Source: a virus
Direction: 5' to 3' (one strand)
Length of the DNA: 26,724 bases
IMG/VR virus record: IMGVR_UViG_3300048909_000182
In this document: positions 1 through 5,710 of the stretch, piece after piece
Position numbering within the stretch: the stretch's first letter is position 1
Layout of the letters: the number at the start of each line of letters is the position of its first letter
Notes under the pieces: model-generated
What the model was told of the DNA's origin: nothing
Databases searched by the model: none
Seen by the model: the letters and a program-made list of their open reading frames with translations, nothing else
Made by a program: the position numbers and the translations under genes

Positions 1-127
1 TGCGTCCCGTTTCGATCTCGAACCCAGGACACGGATACGCCGCCGCGTATGCGGCCAGCGCGCTTTCCAGTTCCCGCACCCGAGCTTCGAGAAGCTCAGT
101 CTCGTGCCTAGAACTGGGGTTCGAGGC
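1..127. repeat. terminal direct repeat, copy 1 (identical to 26598..26724); circular-closure overlap
   Basis: Read base by base: 1-127 equals 26598-26724 (127/127). An ORF cut by the window edge becomes a clean 204-nt ORF only when the ends are joined. Confidence 0.95.
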
Positions 128-142
128 AGACAGGCCGGTCAT
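1..142 (-). CDS. hypothetical 67-aa protein, 5' part (gene spans the circular junction and continues 26597 down to 26536)
   Basis: ATG at 142-140 overlaps the TGA of the upstream methyltransferase gene (ATGA). Hand translation gives MTGLSASNPSSRHETELLEARVRELESALAAYAAAYPCPGFEIETGR, then TSGCSGVGGDCPTCAARALR-stop across the junction (142+62 nt = 204 nt, in frame). Confidence 0.6.
   Translation of the reverse strand, partial: MTGLSASNPSSRHETELLEARVRELESALAAYAAAYPCPGFEIETGR
113..127 (+). repeat. 15-nt iterated element ACTGGGGTTCGAGGC, copy A (duplicated at 26710..26724 by the terminal overlap)
   Basis: Exact 15-mer. On the minus strand it is GCC TCG AAC CCC AGT = ASNPS, codons 6-10 of the junction-spanning ORF. 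Confidence 0.9.
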
Positions 143-570
143 GCGGGCACCTCGAGCAGCGACAGCTGCCGTGACCGTTCGTACCGCGACAGCAGAACAG
201 GGGTGTGGACGCCAGGGAACTCGCGGTACCAGACACGCGTGATTTGCGCCCAGGCGGCGCAGTACAGCCACGGCGCCATCAGGTAAGCAACCGGGGCAAC
301 CCTGAGCGCTTCACGGACGTAGTCGGCGACCTCTTCCTTGTGGCCGCTGTCCCACGGCGGGTCGGCGAACACCGCCCCGAACGAGTCACGCTCGAACGGC
401 AGCCCCGTCCAATCCGCCTGCACGTCGGCGGCCTCGTACTTGTCCAGGGTGATGTCGCCCCAGTCGGAGCGGCCAGCGCATACGTTCAGCAGGGGGCGTT
501 CGGGGACGTGCCACTTCACGAACGCGTCGATGCTGTCCGTCCAGGTGAACGCCTCCCGGTAGCGAGTCAC
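139..570 (-). CDS. small SAM-dependent DNA methyltransferase-like protein (DPPW motif; N6-adenine/N4-cytosine type)
   Basis: 143-aa ORF with GTG start at 570. Motif-I-like NVCAGRSDWGD is followed about 40 aa later by FADPPWD, the (D/N)PP(Y/F/W) catalytic motif IV. The stop overlaps the next start. Confidence 0.55.
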   Translation of the reverse strand: MTRYREAFTWTDSIDAFVKWHVPERPLLNVCAGRSDWGDITLDKYEAADVQADWTGLPFERDSFGAVFADPPWDSGHKEEVADYVREALRVAPVAYLMAPWLYCAAWAQITRVWYREFPGVHTPVLLSRYERSRQLSLLEVPA

Positions 571-610
571 GCGTTCCGCCTGTAATCGGGGTTCTGATCC
601 GCTAGGCCGG

Positions 611-1405
611 TCAATCGTCCTCGTCCTCGTTTTGGACGTCGAAGGGGATCGGCGGGTTCCATTCGGGCCGAGGGAAACCCTCGGTCTGCTTCAACCCGTA
701 TTTCTTGTCGGGTGATCGACCAGCTTCGTGGTCGTTCCGGGCCTTCACGAACTGCGCGAACTCGAGCTTGAGATCAGTCTTGATCTTGTTCTTCCGGCGC
801 TGGCGCCATAGCGAGCCCAGCATCCCCGCCGGCTTCGAAAGATCAGGCCCGTCGGTGACGAGGATCCGGGTGAACTCCTCGTCGTCAGCGATCAGGTTCA
901 CGAAGCTGAGTTGCTTCGGTGGCGCAACCAAGGACTCGCTCACCTTCGCGACATGGGCGACGAACGGGTAGCGCTCCATGAACACGGCCAAGTCGCCGTC
1001 CCTGGGGTTGCCCATGAACGACACTTGGCCGCGTTCCCACTGCCACGCGAGGGTCGCAACCGCGACGCTGTTCTTGTCGCGATAGCCTCGGATCGCCATC
1101 AGGTCGGCCAGGCTGCGGCCGCCGCCCCGGTCGATGACGTTGAAGTTCTCCGGTGGCGCGTCGAACGTGACAGCCAGCTGCCAGGGGATCCCGGTGTTGA
1201 CGATCGCTTGTAGACGGTGCTGCCCGTCTTGGACGCCGCCGTTGGTATCGAGCGCAATTCCTTGGTGTGTAAGTGCGGCCCGGCCTGCTTTCAGTTCTTG
1301 CTCGAAATACCGGATCCGCGCTTGTGACACCGGCCGGTTGTTGCCGTTTTGGTGCAGCCATCCAGCGGCGATCTGCGGGTCGACAGTGATGGTTTCAGTA
1401 CGCAC
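611..1405 (-). CDS. ParB/Srx N-terminal-domain protein (ParB-like nuclease domain protein)
   Basis: 264-aa ORF; GTG start at 1405 with GGAG 7 nt upstream. It carries NRPVSQARIRYFEQELKAG ... VQDGQHRLQAI (DGxHR box typical of ParB-like N-terminal domains). No ParA partner is seen. Confidence 0.7.
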   Translation of the reverse strand: MRTETITVDPQIAAGWLHQNGNNRPVSQARIRYFEQELKAGRAALTHQGIALDTNGGVQDGQHRLQAIVNTGIPWQLAVTFDAPPENFNVIDRGGGRSLADLMAIRGYRDKNSVAVATLAWQWERGQVSFMGNPRDGDLAVFMERYPFVAHVAKVSESLVAPPKQLSFVNLIADDEEFTRILVTDGPDLSKPAGMLGSLWRQRRKNKIKTDLKLEFAQFVKARNDHEAGRSPDKKYGLKQTEGFPRPEWNPPIPFDVQNEDEDD

Positions 1406-1440
1406 CTCTAATCTCCGATCCCGCGAGCACCATGTGTAGG

Positions 1441-1478
1441 CGCAAACGCCGGTGTGCTCGCATCACCCGGCGTTTGCG
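1441..1478. terminator. perfect 12-bp inverted repeat hairpin (CGCAAACGCCGG-14 nt-CCGGCGTTTGCG), putative factor-independent terminator/insulator between attP and the early operon
   Basis: Arms 1441-1452 and 1467-1478 are exact reverse complements. It sits in the non-coding gap between the integrase end and the ParB-like start. There is no U-tract (common in actinobacteria). Confidence 0.45.
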
Positions 1479-1529
1479 CTAAAAGCCTGCGATTAGCAGG
1501 GTTTTCTGACTTTGCGGCTTTATGCCTGA

Positions 1530-1557
1530 AACAGCGGTTCGAATCCGCTAGGCGCCT
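1530..1557 (+). other. tRNA 3'-end fragment; putative attP core
   Basis: 1533-1557 = AGCGG TTCGAAT CCGCT AGGCGCC T, i.e. T-stem, canonical T-loop, T-stem, 7-nt acceptor 3' strand, discriminator. Upstream sequence does not fold into an anticodon arm. It lies about 60 bp from the integrase stop in an AT-richer gap. Confidence 0.6.
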
Positions 1558-1619
1558 CTTTTCGCTCAACGAAGCGGGCTGCAGCGAACGCCTATATGCC
1601 GGTTTTAACATTCGCGTTT

Positions 1620-2766
1620 TCAATTGTTCTCTGTCCTGCGAACACGGGCGTACGCGTCGGCGGCCTCTTCCTTCCGCCTGCGCGACGAGTGCAGATAGAT
1701 CTCGGTCGTCTTCGTCGACTCATGGCCGAGGAGCTCCTTGACGGCGTAGATGTCGCCCTTGGTCGCGTCGAGGACGCCGGTCGCGAACGTGTGCCTGGTC
1801 ATGTGCGGCTTGCGGTATGTGACGCCGGCCGTGGTCGATCAGCCGCTTCCACCATTCATGGAAGGCGCGTTCGCTCATCGGTCTGTCCGGGTAGGACGCG
1901 GTCACCTGCCGTTCCCTGCTCTGGTAGGCGCCGGCGACGCGCATCGGGAACCAGACGTAGTCGTCGAGCTGCCAGTCGCGGGCCCAGCGGGGGATCGGCT
2001 CGAGCAGCGCTGATTCCCAGGCGAGCCAGAACGGGCCGCGGATCGGGATCTCGCGTTCCTTCTCGCCCTTGCCGCGGACGGTGACGACACGGTCGGCCGG
2101 GTTGATGTCGGCGACCCGCAGCCCGCGTGCCTCGCCCTTGCGCAGGCCGCAGTCGAGCAGCAGGATCGCCCGGGCGCGGTCACGGGCCGGGTCGTCCATC
2201 AGCCTGGAGGCGTTCACGATCGCGGCCTGCTCGCCCTCGCTGAAGGTTTTGTAGACGCGCCGCTGGTTCTGCCGCAGCAAGGTCGGCAGCAGCTCCATCG
2301 GGTTCTTCGCCGAGCGGTGGTCGAACTGGATCGACCAGCGCAGGAAGCCGTTCCAGTGCGACCGGTGCAGCTTCCAGCTGCCCTCCGGGATCGTGTCGAG
2401 GACGAGGATCAGATGTTCGACGTCGAGCTCGGCGACGCCGACGCCGGCGGGGATGTTGATCGCGAGCCGGGCCAGCGACCGCTCGATGCTGTCGAGCGTC
2501 TTCGGCATCGCTTTCGACTGGCGCTTCCAGCGCAGGTACGCCTGGATGGGCGGGCCGAGCCTCGTTTCGAGGTAGCGCATGTCACGCATGGGATCCGCCA
2601 GGATCGCCCGCGCCTGCGCCAGTGTGAGCAGCGCCACCTCGAGCGGTGCTGCCGTAAGATCGTTGCCGCATGGGAGCCGATTCCTCCTGTGCCATGCCCG
2701 GGCCGTTAGCGCGGCGCCGGGCTTTTTATCGTCCCAGGAGCGTACAGCAGCGATGCGGCCTGTCAT
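1620..2766 (-). pseudogene. int: tyrosine integrase, split by a 1-nt insertion (fragments 2766..~1830 and ~1829..1620)
   Basis: The long frame carries the first catalytic Arg region (LLLDCGLRKGEARGLRV) and ends in Arg/Pro-rich nonsense after WWKRLIDH. The adjacent frame reads GVTYRKPHMTRHTFATGVLDATKGDIYAVKELLGHESTKTTEIYLH (HxxR, H and Y catalytic residues). Removing one C of CC at 1829-1830 restores ...KRLIDHAGVTYRKPHMTRHTFAT. The ATG at 2766 overlaps the upstream stop (ATGA). Confidence 0.8.
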
Positions 2767-3014
2767 AGCTTGCGCCCCTCGCGCAGCCATAACGGCGACA
2801 CGTTCAGGACTCGGGCGAGCTCGAACAGTTGCTTGTCGCGTGGTGTGCGGCGGCCGGTCTCCCAGCTGCGGACGGCCCAGGTCGTCGAGCCGACCATCTC
2901 AGCGAGTTTTTCCTGGGTGATGCCGCGGTCGACGCGGAGGCTGCGGAGCCGTTCAGGGAATCCAGCCTCGTCGGTGTCGCGCATTTCGGCCACGCTTCCG
3001 GAGTTTCTCGCCAC
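2763..3014 (-). CDS. XRE/Cro-CI family helix-turn-helix regulator (83 aa), co-oriented with the integrase
   Basis: LRSLRVDRGITQEKLAEMVGSTTWAVRSWETGRRTPRDKQLFELARVLNVSPLWL is a complete XRE-type HTH domain. GTG start at 3014 (alternative ATG at 2984). The stop overlaps the int start. Confidence 0.8.
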   Translation of the reverse strand: MARNSGSVAEMRDTDEAGFPERLRSLRVDRGITQEKLAEMVGSTTWAVRSWETGRRTPRDKQLFELARVLNVSPLWLREGRKL

Positions 3015-3191
3015 TGGCCACCGTCTTTCTGTTCAGCCCGCAGGAGGGGTTTTACCGTCGCAGGCGGGTCTGTGGCAAGGCCACTGTGTGCTATTTGCGG
3101 GGTTCGGATTGATACGCAAAACCCCCGCGTAGCAACGCAGTAGCAAGTTGGTGCAGTAGGCTGTGGGTGAGCGTCGCGGAGACAATCGCCC
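3015..3191. promoter_or_regulatory. divergent intergenic switch region between the two XRE-type HTH genes
   Basis: 177-bp gap between divergently oriented regulators. It contains three GTAG-core direct repeats (GTAGCAA at 3129 and 3140, GTAGGCT at 3156), a TAGGCT -10-like hexamer (3157-3162), GGAGA 9 nt before the TTG start at 3192, and a GC hairpin GCGGGG..CCCCGC (3097-3128). Promoter and operator assignment is not resolved. Confidence 0.4.
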
Positions 3192-3687
3192 TTGTCTAAG
3201 AACACCCACACACTGACGCTCGCCGAACGCATCGACACCCTGATCGACGATCCCGAGGTCAACCCCGAACAGGTTGGTCAGCGGCTCCGACTCGCCCGCC
3301 GCCGCGCCGGGTTCAGCCAGCAAGAACTCGCAGACGCGCTCAACGTCGGCCGCCGCACGATCTACGAATGGGAAATCGGCGAACGGATCCCGAAGAAACA
3401 CCTGACCCGCATCTCCCAGGGTGCTGGCGGTCTCGCGGGCCAGGCTACTCACCGGCCGCGACGACTACTACGCCGAGCTGAGCGAGCTTCGCGAGATGCT
3501 GGCCAAATCCGAAGCCGAACTGGCCGAGCTGCGCCGACAGGTCAGGCTAATGAACGAAAGGAACGCTGATCTTGCGGAAGCCGTCGAATCGGGCTTTGGG
3601 GCTCTTCGTCAACTGGTCGAGGAACGGGTCGCAAGGCGAGAAGAGACGCGGTCGCGGCTCGGATCGCGTCCGCGTGCTCCCGAATAG
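3192..3687 (+). pseudogene. XRE-type HTH regulator with C-terminal coiled coil (CI/Cro-like), split by a 1-nt insertion at the GGG run 3419-3421
   Basis: Frame A (3192 onward) gives RLRLARRRAGFSQQELADALNVGRRTIYEWEIGERIPKKHLTRISQ, then a low-GC3 tail. The frame from 3421 gives VLAVSRARLLTGRDDYYAELSELREMLAKSEAELAELRRQV..., which completes the last HTH-domain helix and has high GC3. That frame is closed by TGA at 3403-3405, so the switch lies between 3406 and 3421. Deleting one G gives ...HLTRISQVLAVSRARLLTG. Confidence 0.7.
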
Positions 3688-3803
3688 CCTCGGTTGACTC
3701 AAAGAGTCGAAGCGTGGCGGCGTCTAACGGCATCGTGGCCTGCACGCCTGAAGTTAACAGATGGTATGCGAGGGGTCGCAAGGAACCGGTTGGGTGTCCG
3801 TCC

Positions 3804-3809
3804 TAGGGT
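3804..3809 (+). promoter_or_regulatory. -10-like hexamer TAGGGT placed 6 nt upstream of the GTG start at 3816 (possible leaderless transcript)
   Basis: Fits the TANNNT pattern. It has the same -10 / 6 nt / start-codon geometry as the RHH gene at 26067. There is no Shine-Dalgarno sequence between hexamer and start. Confidence 0.3.
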
Positions 3810-3815
3810 TCGAAC

Positions 3816-4052
3816 GTGGAAGGGAGAGGCAAGCAGCCGTCCGAGCGGACGATCGCCCGGCTGCGCCGTCTACTCGAGCAGAAGCAGCGGGCGGAGACCA
3901 GAACCGCCGAGGCAACCGACGCGTTGGCCCGCGCCGCCCGTGACGCCTGCGACAAAGAGGGCGCCTCCCGAGCCCAGATCGCGCAAGCCCTGGGGGTTGG
4001 CACGTCAACTGTCCAGGGCTGGGTGCAACGCGGCCGCCAGCTCGACAACTGA
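3816..4052 (+). CDS. small DNA-binding protein with C-terminal HTH (regulator or excisionase-like)
   Basis: 78-aa ORF, GTG start. C-terminus ASRAQIAQALGVGTSTVQGWVQRGR is a typical HTH; the N-terminal half is charged and helical. Confidence 0.6.
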   Translation: MEGRGKQPSERTIARLRRLLEQKQRAETRTAEATDALARAARDACDKEGASRAQIAQALGVGTSTVQGWVQRGRQLDN

Positions 4053-4061
4053 CGAATAGGG

Positions 4062-4103
4062 TCGGCCCGGCGCCGTACTTGGGACGCACGGCAGCCGGGC
4101 CGA
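4062..4103. terminator. long GC-rich hairpin (10 + 5 bp stem, 1-nt bulge, 11-nt loop) after the 3816..4052 gene
   Basis: TCGGCCCGGC GCCGT (4062-4076) pairs with ACGGC a GCCGGGCCGA (4088-4103). It starts 10 nt after the stop codon. Confidence 0.55.
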
Positions 4104-4193
4104 GACCGCCACCCTACACAGCCAGCGTCCCGGGCAGATTCCCCCGTTTGGGTCAGGTAAACCGACGGCGGTGCCGGTACCTTCGCCCGTGAA

Positions 4194-4212
4194 CCGCCCC
4201 GTATCGGGGCGG
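4194..4212. promoter_or_regulatory. perfect 8-bp stem / 3-nt loop hairpin (CCGCCCCG tat CGGGGCGG) just upstream of the RBS of the secreted-protein gene
   Basis: Exact inverted repeat. It ends 12 nt before the AAGGAG Shine-Dalgarno sequence that precedes ATG 4237. Confidence 0.4.
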
Positions 4213-4236
4213 GAACTTGGGACAAAGGAGAACGAA

Positions 4237-4641
4237 ATGAAACTGCGGCTACTGTCGGCCCTCGCCGTCCTGATAGGGGTGTTCGCGAGTTCGGCCAGCG
4301 CAGCGCCGGCACCAAAGCCTCTTGAAGCGTGGGCAAAAATCCGGGCTGTCTGGACGGCCCAGGCACACGCCCGCAACCAGACAATCGTCTGCAACACAGT
4401 GCGTGCTTTGAATGCGGAAGGCGATGGATACAACTATCGCCTTGACTGTTCGATCGTGGTGAAGGACCAAGAGGATCTGCGAGCGTTGGTCAGCGGGGAA
4501 TTCACTCTGCCAGCGTGGGGCAAGTGCAAGTACTACGTCACGCTTACCTACCGGGATCGACCTCAAGCACCTGCGGTGGGTACGGCTCTTGACGTGTGTA
4601 AGCCTGGTTGGCTCAAGAGGGTGCCTCAGCTGGTCGGCTAG
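4237..4641 (+). CDS. secreted small protein with Sec-type signal peptide and four cysteines (prophage moron candidate)
   Basis: ATG at 4237 preceded by AAGGAG. MKLRLLSALAVLIGVFASSASA|APAP is an n-h-c signal peptide with an ASA cleavage motif and no lipobox Cys. The mature part has 4 Cys. Sequence is visibly less G+C-rich than its neighbours. Confidence 0.7.
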   Translation: MKLRLLSALAVLIGVFASSASAAPAPKPLEAWAKIRAVWTAQAHARNQTIVCNTVRALNAEGDGYNYRLDCSIVVKDQEDLRALVSGEFTLPAWGKCKYYVTLTYRDRPQAPAVGTALDVCKPGWLKRVPQLVG

Positions 4642-4811
4642 TCGTCGGGGGGGTCTTCGTGGTCGTCGCGTTCGAGGAACACCCCGAACCTGACGCGGTG
4701 CGACCTGGGGTCGCGGGTCAGCCAGACGATCGCGACGAACCCGACAACCAGGATGATGACGACGGCCGCGACCAGGTCTTGCCATGTCAAGTCGACAACC
4801 CCGAGGTTCAC
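4638..4811 (-). CDS. holin-like single-TM protein
   Basis: GTG at 4811 overlaps the endolysin stop (GTGA). 57 aa: VNLGVVDLTWQDLVAAVVIILVVGFVAIVWLTRDPRSHRVRFGVFLERDDHEDPPDD, i.e. one hydrophobic helix and a charged C-terminus, immediately downstream of the lysin. Confidence 0.55.
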   Translation of the reverse strand: MNLGVVDLTWQDLVAAVVIILVVGFVAIVWLTRDPRSHRVRFGVFLERDDHEDPPDD

Positions 4812-5704
4812 GGTTCCGCGACGCGAACGAACGTGGTCTGGTAGGCCTGGCCGATGTCGCGTTGGCGGCGCATCACCTGGCCGCCGTTCGAGTCGTTGCC
4901 GACAGAGGTGTTGCCTTCGACGGTCGTGAACGCGACGACGTCGCCGGATTCGTAGAGGCCGATGTGGTCGTAGTCGCCGCCGTCCCAGTCGAAGCAGACG
5001 AGGTCGCCGGGGATCGGGTCGTCGGTCACCTCGAGCCCGTTCTCGCGGTTCAAAGCGTCCGCGACTAAATACGGGACGTAGGCGTAGCTTTCGCCTTTCG
5101 CGAACGTTGGCGAGCCGGGGCCGCATTCGAAGCAGTAACTGACGAACATCGCGCACCACGGCGACCCGTTCCAGCCGGGCCCGTACCAGGCACCAAAGGT
5201 CGTCATGTTCGACCCGGGCGGGTCTTCGCTGTAGCCGATGTACTGCTGCGCGAGCTCGAGCGCCTGCTCCCGAACGGTCTGTAGCGGTTTCGCCGGCTGG
5301 TTGAAGAGGGCGAACGCCTCGGCGATCAGCGTCTGCGCGTTGGCGTCCATCGCGTACTCGCCGGCGTGCGGCAAAGGGGAGGGGATGATGATGGAGCGGA
5401 GGCCGTTGAAGGTGCGGACGCCGAGGTAGCCGGTGTCGTCGATCCCGAGCTGGCGTTGCACACCGGCGACACCGGTCTCGGAGACGTTGCCGGTTTTGCC
5501 GTGCGCGAAGCCCTTCGAGTAGGTGTCGTCGAACTTCGTCCACGGCCACCGGCCCGCTCGCGACACCGTCCTCTTGTAGGCGATGACGTCGGGGCCGTCC
5601 GTCGACGGGGTGTACCCGGACGCATCAGGGGGGTAGAGCGGCCTGGGGAAGCCGGGGACGGGCACCATCGGGCCGCCGGGGTAGCCGTGGTCCCACCAGC
5701 TCAT
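4808..5704 (-). CDS. endolysin: C-terminal CHAP-domain peptidoglycan hydrolase with N-terminal PG-binding-like segment
   Basis: 298 aa. SPWCAMFVSYC (catalytic Cys), DHIGLY (His) and EGN are the CHAP signature. GVAGVQRQLGIDDTGYLGVRTFNGL resembles a peptidoglycan-binding repeat. It sits after the tail genes. Confidence 0.8.
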   Translation of the reverse strand: MSWWDHGYPGGPMVPVPGFPRPLYPPDASGYTPSTDGPDVIAYKRTVSRAGRWPWTKFDDTYSKGFAHGKTGNVSETGVAGVQRQLGIDDTGYLGVRTFNGLRSIIIPSPLPHAGEYAMDANAQTLIAEAFALFNQPAKPLQTVREQALELAQQYIGYSEDPPGSNMTTFGAWYGPGWNGSPWCAMFVSYCFECGPGSPTFAKGESYAYVPYLVADALNRENGLEVTDDPIPGDLVCFDWDGGDYDHIGLYESGDVVAFTTVEGNTSVGNDSNGGQVMRRQRDIGQAYQTTFVRVAEP

Positions 5705-5710
5705 CGTGTG

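Noticed and set aside
1-127. Interpreting the 127-bp end duplication as a biological direct terminal repeat, a long terminal repeat or an att duplication.
   Set aside because: The repeat lies inside a coding sequence that is continuous across the junction, has no recombinase-site features, and is unrelated to the tRNA-like attP at 1533-1557. A circular-closure overlap is the simpler reading. This cannot be excluded without read data.
1469-1557. Possible complete 89-nt class-II-like tRNA. GGCGTTT at 1469 can pair with AGGCGCC at 1550, and a canonical T-arm is present.
   Set aside because: No anticodon stem-loop can be drawn in 1495-1532, the D-arm lacks the conserved GG, and the 5' acceptor pairing needs two G-U pairs. 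GGCGTTT is also the right arm of the 12-bp hairpin 1441-1478. It is better explained as a tRNA 3' fragment (attP core) plus a terminator hairpin.
3801-3816. CCTAGGGTTCGAAC at 3802-3815, and GGGTTCGATGC near 20815, as extra copies of the iterated ACTGGGGTTCGAGGC element.
   Set aside because: Only the GGTTCGA core matches. The flanks differ, and short GGTTCGA strings are expected by chance in this composition, so they are not counted.
4638-5549. 303-aa minus-strand ORF overlapping the endolysin gene.
   Set aside because: It is out of frame with the motif-bearing CHAP endolysin and Arg-rich over most of its length. Only its last 57 codons (4638-4811), which follow the lysin stop and encode a TM helix, are kept as the holin-like gene.
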